Of a DNA stretch of 64,000 nt, positions 41,399 through 50,419 are shown piece after piece; position 1 is the stretch's first letter, and each line of letters starts with the position of its first letter. A program made the position numbers and the translations under genes. A model generated the notes under the pieces. It was not told the DNA's origin. It worked only from the letters and a program-made list of their open reading frames with translations, and did no database searches. The DNA is taken from contig CAZSKK010000002.1 of NCBI GenBank assembly GCA_964607415.1, positions 9,991 through 73,990 of the forward strand, in the 5' to 3' direction. The stretch is from an uncultured Candidatus Saccharibacteria bacterium (lineage in GTDB: Bacteria > Patescibacteriota > Dojkabacteria > J137).

Positions 41399-42403
41399 CT
41401 AGGCTATATTATCATATTTATTACCATATAACCTTAAAGCATTATCTGTTACTACTCTGCCCCTTGGAGTTCTTTTCAGCAAGCCTTTTTTTATTAAAAA
41501 CGGTTCATAAACATCTTCAATTGTTTCGGCTTCTTCAGATATTGATGCAGCCAATGTGCTTAGCCCAACAGGTTTATTATCAAAATTTTTGATTATTGAA
41601 TACAGTAAATTTCTGTCTATTTCATCCAATCCAAACTCATCAACACCCAACAATTCAAGTGTTTTATAAACAGTATCGCTTGTAATTGATTTTTTTTCAT
41701 TAACTATTGCCATGTCGCGTACTCTTTTTAGTATTCTTATAGCGATTCTAGCGGTCATTCTGGCTCTTTGCGCTATAATCATCGCAGCTTCATCATCAAT
41801 TGAAATATTCATCATCCTAGCCTTTTGCTTCACTAATAAAACTAGCTCATCGTCGGAGTAAAAATCCAGCCTAAAGTTCATTCCAAATCTATCCCTTAAA
41901 GGTGCACTAATCATGGATAGCTTAGTTGTTGCCCCAATTATGGTAAACTCTGGAAGGTCTATTCTTAAGGTCTTTGCGTTTGGCCCTTTGCCGATAACAA
42001 TATCCAAAACACTATCTTCCATTGCTGGATACAAAATTTCTTCAATTGATTTTTTTAATCTATGAATTTCATCTATAAAAAGAATAGAAAATTGATCTAA
42101 AGATGTTAGTATTGCTGCCAAATCACCAGGCTTATCTATAGCACCTCCACTAGTCACATGAATCGGTACATTCATTTCTTTTGCAACAACATAAGAAAGT
42201 GTTGTTTTACCAAGGCCTGGCGGACCATGAAAAAGAATATGATCAATAGATTTGCTTCTTTTTTTTGCTGATTCAATCATGATTTTAAGACTTTTTTTCT
42301 CAATCTCTCTACCTATAATTTCAGCAAAGTTATCTGGTCTTAAATTACGCTCAAGCTCTACTTCAGATTCATTTTTTTGGTCATTAGTTAAAAACCTATC
42401 CAT
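41399..42403 (-). CDS. ruvB: Holliday junction helicase RuvB
   Basis: HILFHGPPGLGKTTL (Walker A), IDEIHRL, sensor motifs. Confidence 0.95.
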   Translation of the reverse strand: MDRFLTNDQKNESEVELERNLRPDNFAEIIGREIEKKSLKIMIESAKKRSKSIDHILFHGPPGLGKTTLSYVVAKEMNVPIHVTSGGAIDKPGDLAAILTSLDQFSILFIDEIHRLKKSIEEILYPAMEDSVLDIVIGKGPNAKTLRIDLPEFTIIGATTKLSMISAPLRDRFGMNFRLDFYSDDELVLLVKQKARMMNISIDDEAAMIIAQRARMTARIAIRILKRVRDMAIVNEKKSITSDTVYKTLELLGVDEFGLDEIDRNLLYSIIKNFDNKPVGLSTLAASISEEAETIEDVYEPFLIKKGLLKRTPRGRVVTDNALRLYGNKYDNIA

Positions 42404-42405
42404 AA

Positions 42406-43002
42406 TTATAATTTCTTTAAAGCTAATTTAATTAAATCAGAAGATGTTTCATATTCAACTTGGCTGCTGATTTGTTCCACAATCTTTTTAGTATCAATAT
42501 ATGAATATCCTAAAGCCACAAGACCGTTAATTGCATCTTCTATTATAGAACTGCTGACAAAATTTGGATTATCACCCTGCCCTAATGTGTTTTCAGAACC
42601 CAGAGTGCTTTCAAAGTCCTTAATTTTATCTTTAAGCATTATTATTATCTTTTCAGCTGTTTTATTACCAACTCCCGAAACTTTAATTTTTGTTATATCT
42701 GAAGTTATTATACCCAAAACTACTTGTTTCACGCCCTTTTCGCAAATAATTGACTGTGCTGTTCTTGGACCAACTCCCGAAACAGTTAGAAGTAGGTTAA
42801 AAATATCAAGTTCATTCTTGGTTTTAAAGCCCCAAAGCGATATATCGTTTTCCCTAAGTGCAGTGTGTATAAAAAGTTCCAATTCTTGGTTATCGTCAAT
42901 AGATAAATTCCCAACGTTAACTAACCAGCCTAAATTGCCCGCCAAAATTGTTACCTTACCATTCTCGTAATATTTGGGTGTACCTTTTATGTAACTTATC
43001 AT
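42406..43002 (-). CDS. ruvA: Holliday junction DNA-binding protein RuvA
   Basis: MISYIKGT...GVGPRTAQSII (HhH), C-terminal domain III. Confidence 0.9.
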   Translation of the reverse strand: MISYIKGTPKYYENGKVTILAGNLGWLVNVGNLSIDDNQELELFIHTALRENDISLWGFKTKNELDIFNLLLTVSGVGPRTAQSIICEKGVKQVVLGIITSDITKIKVSGVGNKTAEKIIIMLKDKIKDFESTLGSENTLGQGDNPNFVSSSIIEDAINGLVALGYSYIDTKKIVEQISSQVEYETSSDLIKLALKKL

Positions 43003-43084
43003 AAAGTTTAATTAAATTTTCAAAAAAAGTTAATTATTGATTAGCTAATAGTTACAAATTAACCTAGCTATAGTAGTAACAAAA

Positions 43085-43591
43085 TTAACTCGCTTTAGAT
43101 GTTAGGTTAGGCTTTCTGTAACTACTTATATGACATGTGGCAATTGCAACTGCATCGGCTGCATCATCTGGCTTTGGAGCTTCTTTTAATCCAAAAACCA
43201 TTTGAATCATTTTTTGAACCTGTTTTTTTTCTGCTCTACCATATCCAGTTACAGATGTTTTTACCTGCAAGGGTGTATAGTTAAAAGTTTCTATATTTTT
43301 AATTTTACCAGCAAGCAAAATTACTCCTCTTGCTTGACTAACATTTATTACAGTTTTTTGATTTTTAAAGTAGAAAATACTTTCAACCGCCATATGATCT
43401 GGATTATATTGATCAATAATACTACAAAGGCTGTTAAAAAGTTGTAATAATCTTTCTTCGAAAGGAGCTTTACTATCCGTAAGTATAACGCCAAAATCAA
43501 TAAGCTTCATTCCGTTTTTTGAAAAATTATCTTTTTCTACAATAGACCACCCTGTTGTAGCAAAACCTGCATCAATTCCTAATACTTTCAT
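43085..43591 (-). CDS. ruvC: crossover junction endodeoxyribonuclease RuvC
   Basis: MKVLGIDAGFATTGWSIVE...; overlaps yebC by 4 nt. Confidence 0.9.
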   Translation of the reverse strand: MKVLGIDAGFATTGWSIVEKDNFSKNGMKLIDFGVILTDSKAPFEERLLQLFNSLCSIIDQYNPDHMAVESIFYFKNQKTVINVSQARGVILLAGKIKNIETFNYTPLQVKTSVTGYGRAEKKQVQKMIQMVFGLKEAPKPDDAADAVAIATCHISSYRKPNLTSKAS

Positions 43592-44340
43592 AATTCATTT
43601 AAATTAGTCCAAATATTAACAACATCGTTACAAGTATAAATCTTTTCCTCCAATTCTAATAGTGCCTTAATATCATTATCTGATAAATCGATTGAATTCT
43701 TAGCTAACTTAACTATTTTTATTGAATTTATGATTGTTTTTTGTCCAAAATCTTTTAGGATGTTATCGTGTACTTCCTTGAGTAGTTCCCTTTCTGTAGT
43801 AATTCTGACAGAGTTTTTTGATTCAACTTGAATATCTTTAACTCCTTGGTATTCCATTACCATTAAAATAAATTCATCTTCCAAAGATATTTCTGACGAG
43901 GGAATATCAACAATAATCTCACCCACTTCCTCAAACTGCCAGGAAAGTGAACCTTCAGCAACCATCTTAAATCCTGCTTTTGTTATAATAGTTCTAATTT
44001 CAGTAACAGTTCTGTTTGGATTATCTGTTTCACAATCAATTAGAATAGCAACTCCACCTGGTCCATATGCTTCGTAAGTCTTTTCAAATATAAATTCTGA
44101 TTCATCGCTAATACCTAGACCCTTTTTTATGGCTTTTTCTATCCTTTCATTTGTCATATTCTGAAGCTTAGCCTTCTCAATAGCAACCCTTAAAATTGGG
44201 TTGAAATTTATATCCCCACTCTTGCCTAGCCTTGTAGCATTAATTATGTCTTTAGAAAGACGTGTAAAGGCTGCACCACGCTTAGCGTCTGCCGCTCCCT
44301 TAGATCTTTTGATTGTAGCCCACTTGGAATGACCTGACAT
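43588..44340 (-). CDS. yebC: YebC/PmpR-family transcriptional regulator
   Basis: MSGHSKWATIKRSKGAADAKRG is the family N-terminus. Confidence 0.9.
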   Translation of the reverse strand: MSGHSKWATIKRSKGAADAKRGAAFTRLSKDIINATRLGKSGDINFNPILRVAIEKAKLQNMTNERIEKAIKKGLGISDESEFIFEKTYEAYGPGGVAILIDCETDNPNRTVTEIRTIITKAGFKMVAEGSLSWQFEEVGEIIVDIPSSEISLEDEFILMVMEYQGVKDIQVESKNSVRITTERELLKEVHDNILKDFGQKTIINSIKIVKLAKNSIDLSDNDIKALLELEEKIYTCNDVVNIWTNLNEL

Positions 44341-44495
44341 ATATAAGTTTTATTTACCTCACCGGAGAATTATACTGTTTATGCACTAGCCTTAGCTCCA
44401 TTCGAAATCGAACAGTAAATCAAGTATTCTTGAACATAAAACATTGTTTATGTCTCCAGGCGAGGCCAGTCTTAACTAAGAATTAACCAGGTAAA

Positions 44496-45863
44496 TCAAT
44501 TTGCTCCTATATCTTTTCCCAAGATTATAATTATATCTCCTGAATAATTCTCATTATAACCTTCTGTTGTAACTTCTACTTCAAAATCAAAAGATCTTTT
44601 AATCATATCTACTGTATTTCTTAAAGATTTTACGTCTGTTTTAGTAATAAATACCGTAGTTTTTTCTCTTTCCTGATTATAATTACCATATTTAACCACT
44701 TTTGAACCGCTATTTTCGTAAAGCCTTCTATAATAAAATGCAAGTCCACTTAAACCTGAACCATTGTAAATTTCAATTTTTGCTTGTTCTTTTAAAATTT
44801 CAACATCTCGAAAGAATCTGGATACTTTTTCATCAACTAAAACTTGATCTGAAAGATAACCATTATCTATACTTTTAGGATCTTTCAACGCTCCTTCTGT
44901 TGAAATGAATTCAGATTCAACCGGGTAGTCCGCAGAAACCATTATCCTACTTATGTAGAAGATCTCTTCTCTATTCAAATTTGTATAAAATATTTTAACT
45001 AATTCTGATGATTTCCAAAAAAGCTTATACATATTAAAGTAATTCGAATTTCGTTCGATATTATTGTTCAAAAAAGTTAAAAATCTTTCAAAAACCTTCG
45101 TGTCAGCTTTAACAAGATCATCTTCATTAAATAGATAATTATTTAATTCTGGCCCTTTGATTGTATTCCCTAAAGAAAAACTCTTTTTAATACCAATAAA
45201 AGAATCTTCAATAACTTTTGATTGCAAATTATGCTTATCAATAAAAGCTTTCATATCTGAATACTTAAATGCGACGTATCTATCTATTCTCAACCCCAAG
45301 AAACTATTCAATGAACTAAGCAATTTCTGAAGTTTTTCCTCATTTGTAACCTGCAAGTTATTAAACATTGTTTTGAAGGTAAATGTATTTGTAAAGCCTT
45401 CTATTCTGTAACTGAAATTTGGATCAATAAGCAAGTGTTTAACTCTGCCTGTCTTTGTATCTAGAGACTGAAGAACAATGTTATATAAAAACATATAGTC
45501 ACCCTTATCTTCAAATCCAAGATATACTATATTTATTTGGTTTCCGTTAATATTATTTTGAGTACTAATAACTGAATTATTAAACTCCACGGGTCTGATA
45601 CTAAAGTACTGTATTACATTAAGCAATAAAGTCCCTATCAAAATAACAACTACTGAAATTAGAATGTAAGTTTGAAACTTTTGAAAAACTTTGAAGTTAA
45701 ACTTAGTCAATTTAGTTTTCTTTAAAGAATTACCGTTAGTTCTATCAGATCTTCTTGATGATTTAAGTGACCTATTTAGCTTGATAAATACCTGACCCAC
45801 TAAAGTACTTTGTAAGTACTTAAAATGATTTTTTTTCTGTTTAAATTTAGTGCTAGTAATCAT
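44496..45863 (-). CDS. LytR-CpsA-Psr (LCP) family protein, putative cell-envelope polymer transferase
   Basis: Basic cytoplasmic tail, a TM helix, then INIVYLGFEDKGDYMFLYNIVLQSLD...GLRIDRYVAF, reminiscent of the LCP core. Confidence 0.5.
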   Translation of the reverse strand: MITSTKFKQKKNHFKYLQSTLVGQVFIKLNRSLKSSRRSDRTNGNSLKKTKLTKFNFKVFQKFQTYILISVVVILIGTLLLNVIQYFSIRPVEFNNSVISTQNNINGNQINIVYLGFEDKGDYMFLYNIVLQSLDTKTGRVKHLLIDPNFSYRIEGFTNTFTFKTMFNNLQVTNEEKLQKLLSSLNSFLGLRIDRYVAFKYSDMKAFIDKHNLQSKVIEDSFIGIKKSFSLGNTIKGPELNNYLFNEDDLVKADTKVFERFLTFLNNNIERNSNYFNMYKLFWKSSELVKIFYTNLNREEIFYISRIMVSADYPVESEFISTEGALKDPKSIDNGYLSDQVLVDEKVSRFFRDVEILKEQAKIEIYNGSGLSGLAFYYRRLYENSGSKVVKYGNYNQEREKTTVFITKTDVKSLRNTVDMIKRSFDFEVEVTTEGYNENYSGDIIIILGKDIGAN

Positions 45864-45868
45864 TGTAT

Positions 45869-46627
45869 TTAGCTTCTTAATCGTTTACTACTAACTGTTT
45901 TATAGAAATTAAATGTAAGAAAAGTTAATAATAGTATTATACCGCTTAAAAACGCTATAAAGTTGGTAGAGATTTCTGATATATCGAAAGATATCAAGAT
46001 AATTATAAAACCCAAGAAGGAAGCCCAGTTTATATTTACCCAAATTTGTAAATTCTTCCTTAGTGCTACCTTTAGTATTACTTGCCAAAGAAAATATAAC
46101 AAAGATAATACAATTAAAGTTCTTTGCTGCTCTGAAAGTAAAGATAACTGAATATCTGTTTTTTCATAATCGTTTATTGTTGAGTAAAAAGAAAAAAAGA
46201 GAAAAAAAACAGCAGCAAACACATTTAAATTAGCTATAAATGGTGCTTCATCCCTTAACTTAACTTTTGTATGGGCCTTTTTAATTACTATCTGCGCAAT
46301 TAATGGTACAAGCAGAATGCAAAAAAAATATAAATTCCCATCCCAAAATTTTATTAATGACCAGGGCAGCTCGGAAGAAAGTTTGGCTTCTCCTTGTGCA
46401 TTTTGTATGAACGGAAAAATAGAAAAACCTTGATCTATATAAAACGAAGCTTCTTTTAAAACCCCTAGCACTCTCGATAGTATAGGAAAAGTAATTATTG
46501 ATGTAAACAAAAAGTCAAATGCTATAAAATTGAATTTGACTACCGAAGCTACATATATCCAAACAAAATAGATAGATATACAAATTAAAACAATAATTAT
46601 ATTGGTAATTATAGAAGACTGGATCAT
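45869..46627 (-). CDS. hypothetical polytopic membrane protein
   Basis: ~7 hydrophobic helices. Confidence 0.45.
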   Translation of the reverse strand: MIQSSIITNIIIVLICISIYFVWIYVASVVKFNFIAFDFLFTSIITFPILSRVLGVLKEASFYIDQGFSIFPFIQNAQGEAKLSSELPWSLIKFWDGNLYFFCILLVPLIAQIVIKKAHTKVKLRDEAPFIANLNVFAAVFFLFFSFYSTINDYEKTDIQLSLLSEQQRTLIVLSLLYFLWQVILKVALRKNLQIWVNINWASFLGFIIILISFDISEISTNFIAFLSGIILLLTFLTFNFYKTVSSKRLRS

Positions 46628-46632
46628 AAGTT

Positions 46633-47280
46633 TTACTTCTTAGTTTTCTTTTCTTGTTCTTGGGCAGAATCTTCTGGCTTTACCAACTTTTGCTCGTGTT
46701 CTGAAAGTGTTGAAGAGTAATTTTTAACACTCGAAATTAAACTTTTAGCACCACTACCAAATTTAGATTTAATAACACTTACCTTTTCTTTAACTTTCTC
46801 ATTTGATCCACCTATTTTTTTAATTTCAGATGATTGAGTAAGGTTTGCCCTATCCACTACAACCAAGTTAGGATTTTTTTCATCTACCTCTACATTGATC
46901 TTAAGATTTGGATTATTTAAAGCAATTTTTGAAATATTTAAACCAAAGCTTAATTCTATACTTCCAGACTCACCCACAAAATTGACAAGTGGTACGTTAA
47001 TTCCACCATTTGGTGAATATGATTCTGGTCCATATACAAACATATCTTCATCATCTTCAGGTCTAATAATCAAATAGAAAATCAATGCCGGAAAATTTAA
47101 AATTAGAACAGCTATAAATAACAAAATTGGAGTTAGTGAATTTTCATATCTTTTTTTAGCATCAAAAAATACCCAAATGCAAAATAGTAACCACAATGAT
47201 ACTAAATATACAGCAGCATAGGCTAAAATACTTTTATAATCAATATTAACTTGAAGAATATCTAAAATGAAATCAAACAT
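46633..47280 (-). CDS. hypothetical membrane protein (2 TM + soluble C-terminal domain)
   Basis: ORF and hydropathy only. Confidence 0.45.
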   Translation of the reverse strand: MFDFILDILQVNIDYKSILAYAAVYLVSLWLLFCIWVFFDAKKRYENSLTPILLFIAVLILNFPALIFYLIIRPEDDEDMFVYGPESYSPNGGINVPLVNFVGESGSIELSFGLNISKIALNNPNLKINVEVDEKNPNLVVVDRANLTQSSEIKKIGGSNEKVKEKVSVIKSKFGSGAKSLISSVKNYSSTLSEHEQKLVKPEDSAQEQEKKTKK

Positions 47281-47434
47281 AGTGGGTAGAATTAATAACT
47301 AACTAGACTAGAATTAACTATAGCAGATTAAAGGAAAGAAGAGAATATGAAAAGCAAAAAAAGAGAAAGAGACAGTTTAAGCTTAGGTATATGTTCAAGT
47401 AATAAGCGCTGATGACTTAAACTTGAACTAGTTT

Positions 47435-47517
47435 ATCGGAGGAGGGAGTTGAACCCTCACGAGGTTTGATCCTCACCAGATTTTGAGTCTGACGTGTCTG
47501 CCATTCCACCACTCCGA
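47435..47517 (-). tRNA. tRNA-Leu (anticodon CAA), type II, CCA not encoded
   Basis: Reverse complement GTCGGAGTGGTGGAATGGCAGAC...CAGACTCAAAATCTGG...long variable arm...GGGTTCAACTCCC...; G1-U72 wobble. Confidence 0.8.
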
Positions 47518-47639
47518 CTAAATAATTGTGTTAAATTTTTAAAAAGTTTATGTCTGCTCCCGCTTCGTTAAAACTTCACGGAACTAAGATCTTCTTAAAT
47601 TCGACTTCACTTACGCTTGTCTCGTTTAGAATCTCTTGA

Positions 47640-47657
47640 GCATTCCACCACTCCGAC
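47640..47657 (-). repeat. 18-nt duplicate of the tRNA-Leu 5' end (GTCGGAGTGGTGGAATGC) 122 bp upstream of the tRNA
   Basis: 17/18 identity to tRNA-Leu nt 1-18; downstream sequence does not fold as a tRNA. Confidence 0.6.
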
Positions 47658-47666
47658 ATTTCTTTT

Positions 47667-48995
47667 TTATTTTTCATCGTAGAACTTCTGAAATTCACCA
47701 ACGAATTTTAACACAAGTTTTCCCGTTGGGCCGTTTCTGTGTTTTGCAACAGAAATATCAACCAATTTACTTTTTTGATTTAACACGTCTTCTTCCTGAG
47801 ACATATCGCGACTTAAAAAAATCACCAAGTCTGCGTCTTGCTCGATAGATCCCGATTCTCTAAGATCTGAAAGCTGTGGGATCCTATCCTGCCTGTTCTC
47901 TACTGCTCTATTTAACTGCGACAAGGCAATAATTGGAACATTTAACTCCCTAGCTAAAATCTTTAACGATCTGGATATTTCCCCTACTTCTTGTGCTCTA
48001 CTATCTGCATACTTAGGGTTACCTTGCATTAACTGAAGATAGTCAATTAAAATTAAATCAATTTTTTTATCCATCATCAGTTTTCTAGCCTTACTTCTCA
48101 ATTGCATAATGCTAATACCAGGAGTTTCATCTACAAAAATATTACTGTCAGCAAGCTTTGCCTGTCCTAGGTTAAATCTTTTGTATTCGTCATTATTCAT
48201 CCCACCCATTCTTAGTTTCCACAAACTTATTTCTGTTTGTTGAGCAAGCAGCCTTTCAATAACCTGAATAGCAGGCATTTCTAAAGAAAAAATTACAATA
48301 TTCTTTTTTTCTACAACTGAAATATGTCTTACAATATCAAATCCAAAAGCTGATTTTCCAACGCTAGGACGTGCAGCAATAATTATAAGATCAGATCTAT
48401 GTAACCCACCCAGAAGATTATCAAAGCTCGAAATCCCTGTTGGAAAACCCCTTAATGCATTTGGGTTTTTAGCAAACTCATCAGCTTTTTTCATTTGCAT
48501 TTCAAGAAGAGTTTCAGCATCAAAAAAATCTTTTGCAATAGTTTTTTGAGAAACTAATAACAAGTCTTTTTCCATATCATCAATAACTTGATCGAGTTCA
48601 AGTTCTTCATTCCTAGCACTTTCATCTAGTTTTGCACCAAACGAAATCAAATTTCTTCTAACAGCAGCCTCTTTAACAAGATTTGCATACTCTTCAATGT
48701 TTGCAGAAGTTGGAACCGAATTGATTAGATCAGATATGTAACTATTGCCTCCAGCTTCTTTATGTTTATTACTTTTTTTTAGCTCAGCAGATAACGTTAA
48801 AACATCTAACGCTTTGCTGGAAGAAAAAAGCTTATACAAGTGTTCAAATATTATTTCGTTTCTAGGATCATAAAAATATTTAGGTTCTAATAAATCCGCA
48901 ACTTTATTAAAAGCTTCATCATCTATCAGAACTGACCCTAAAACCGCCCTTTCTGCTTCAATATTTTGTGGAGGAACTCGTAAATTATTATTCAT
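47667..48995 (-). CDS. dnaB: replicative DNA helicase DnaB
   Basis: N-terminal domain EAERAVLGSVL, Walker A ARPSVGKSAF, RecA-like C-terminal domain. Confidence 0.95.
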   Translation of the reverse strand: MNNNLRVPPQNIEAERAVLGSVLIDDEAFNKVADLLEPKYFYDPRNEIIFEHLYKLFSSSKALDVLTLSAELKKSNKHKEAGGNSYISDLINSVPTSANIEEYANLVKEAAVRRNLISFGAKLDESARNEELELDQVIDDMEKDLLLVSQKTIAKDFFDAETLLEMQMKKADEFAKNPNALRGFPTGISSFDNLLGGLHRSDLIIIAARPSVGKSAFGFDIVRHISVVEKKNIVIFSLEMPAIQVIERLLAQQTEISLWKLRMGGMNNDEYKRFNLGQAKLADSNIFVDETPGISIMQLRSKARKLMMDKKIDLILIDYLQLMQGNPKYADSRAQEVGEISRSLKILARELNVPIIALSQLNRAVENRQDRIPQLSDLRESGSIEQDADLVIFLSRDMSQEEDVLNQKSKLVDISVAKHRNGPTGKLVLKFVGEFQKFYDEK

Positions 48996-48996
48996 T

Positions 48997-49524
48997 TTAG
49001 TTCAGAATATGATAAGTTGTTGCGTGATCTTCTAAAGTTTCAAAGTCTGAATCGTCAAATTTAAACTTGGTATCTTCTATTATATTCTGGCTGCCTAATT
49101 CTTTTTTGGATAATTCTATCCAGCTGGAATCACCAGTTAAAATTACTTTAACTGGATCAAAAATTTCTATGTAACGTTTTAGATACTTTTCGCTCACATT
49201 AGAAAGTATCAAAACATACGAATTAGATAAATTCTCTGCCTGTTTTTTCTCAACCTCAACATCCGAAAACATACACACAACTCCTACCGATCCAGATTCT
49301 ACATAACTCAGATCTATTTTTGATTCCATCTGGTCTTTTTTTGATTCTAGAACAAGAATATCTAAAGTTCCAAATTCATATTCGCCCGGTTTTTCAATTA
49401 CACTTTCTCCTCGTTCTGAATTTACAACGAATTTAATTTCTTTTACATTTGAAAAATCAAGAATTGCTTTTGATTTAGGAACTTCAAAGCTCAATTGAGT
49501 CTTACTTGCTTTTTTAATTGTCAT
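48997..49524 (-). CDS. hypothetical protein (175 aa) immediately upstream of dnaB
   Basis: Not L9; no motif recognised. Confidence 0.4.
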   Translation of the reverse strand: MTIKKASKTQLSFEVPKSKAILDFSNVKEIKFVVNSERGESVIEKPGEYEFGTLDILVLESKKDQMESKIDLSYVESGSVGVVCMFSDVEVEKKQAENLSNSYVLILSNVSEKYLKRYIEIFDPVKVILTGDSSWIELSKKELGSQNIIEDTKFKFDDSDFETLEDHATTYHILN

Positions 49525-49705
49525 AAAAGTTAGTTAAAGGTTAAATGTTAATAGTTAATGGTTGAATGTTAAAGCTGTTTGAACTGCCTTGTATAAAAAT
49601 TAATTAACACTTCACTATCTAAAGGATTTACAAAAAGAGATCAGATGTTAGTGACTATTAGCCTATGATTGAGCTTTGTGTGAAATTCGTAAATGCGTCA
49701 CTTAT

Positions 49706-49777
49706 GTCATCCTGAGCTTATCGAATCTATACCTCAGCCAAGTATTTTTGTCTACCCTTCGACAAGCTCAGGATGAC
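49706..49777. mobile_element. MITE-like miniature element: 20-bp terminal inverted repeats GTCATCCTGAGCTTATCGAA / TTCGACAAGCTCAGGATGAC around a 32-bp core
   Basis: 19/20 matching inverted termini seen directly; ends share the CATCCTGAG/CTCAGGATG motif with the structured repeat family. Confidence 0.55.
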
Positions 49778-49990
49778 ATAATTACAATGTTAAATAAAGT
49801 TCATTATACTTATCTGGCTTAAAGTCTCTGGCTTTTACTCACGAATCTTAATCAGAAATCTGAACTCTATCATCTGTTCTCTGACTTCTAATCTTCCCAG
49901 TAATTATAATATCTTTTGAAAATTTAACAAATGTTTTTTAACATAATCTGATACCTCTAGCTAGAACTTTTGTTCAGACTTGATTTTTAA

Positions 49991-50005
49991 TTCACGAATC
50001 GTGAA
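49991..50005. promoter_or_regulatory. perfect palindrome TTCACGAATCGTGAA ~20 bp upstream of the rpmE -35 box
   Basis: 7-1-7 dyad; a near-identical TTCATGAATCGTGAA sits at 59832-59846. Confidence 0.4.
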
Positions 50006-50026
50006 TTTATATTCAGAGAATTGTTC

Positions 50027-50055
50027 TTTACATATGTTAATTTTATCGATATAAT
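50027..50055 (+). promoter_or_regulatory. putative promoter TTTACA-N17-TATAAT for rpmE
   Basis: Consensus -10 and near-consensus -35 about 30 nt upstream of the rpmE start. Confidence 0.5.
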
Positions 50056-50085
50056 TCTAATGCTTTAAAAGTAATACACAGTCTT

Positions 50086-50403
50086 ATGAAAAAAGGAATT
50101 CATCCAGAATGGCATAAAAATGCAAAGATAATCTTTAACGGGAAACAGGTTATGACAGCAGGTTCAACAAAACCTGAGCTTAATCTTGAAATCTGGTCTG
50201 GAAATCATCCTTTCTATACAGGACAACAAATCTTAGTAGACACCGACAACCTTGTTGAAAAATTCAATAAGAAAAGAGAAGCTGCTCAAAATCTTTCTTC
50301 AAAAGTAGTCAGTAAAAAAGAAAAAAGAGCTAAAAGACGAACTACTGCATCTATCGCTAATAAGCCTGTCACACTAAAAGACATGCTTAAAGATTTACAG
50401 TAG
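50086..50403 (+). CDS. rpmE: 50S ribosomal protein L31 (zinc-free type, with basic C-terminal extension)
   Basis: MKKGIHPEWHK...NHPFYTGQQ; the four Zn-ligand Cys of type A L31 are absent. Confidence 0.8.
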   Translation: MKKGIHPEWHKNAKIIFNGKQVMTAGSTKPELNLEIWSGNHPFYTGQQILVDTDNLVEKFNKKREAAQNLSSKVVSKKEKRAKRRTTASIANKPVTLKDMLKDLQ

Positions 50404-50419
50404 ATATACTACCCTCAAT

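Noticed and set aside
47520-47657. Second tRNA gene (tandem tRNA-Leu) upstream of tRNA-Leu.
   Set aside because: Only the first 18 nt match. The remainder has no D/anticodon/T arm geometry or GTTCRA box. It is treated as a fragment duplicate.
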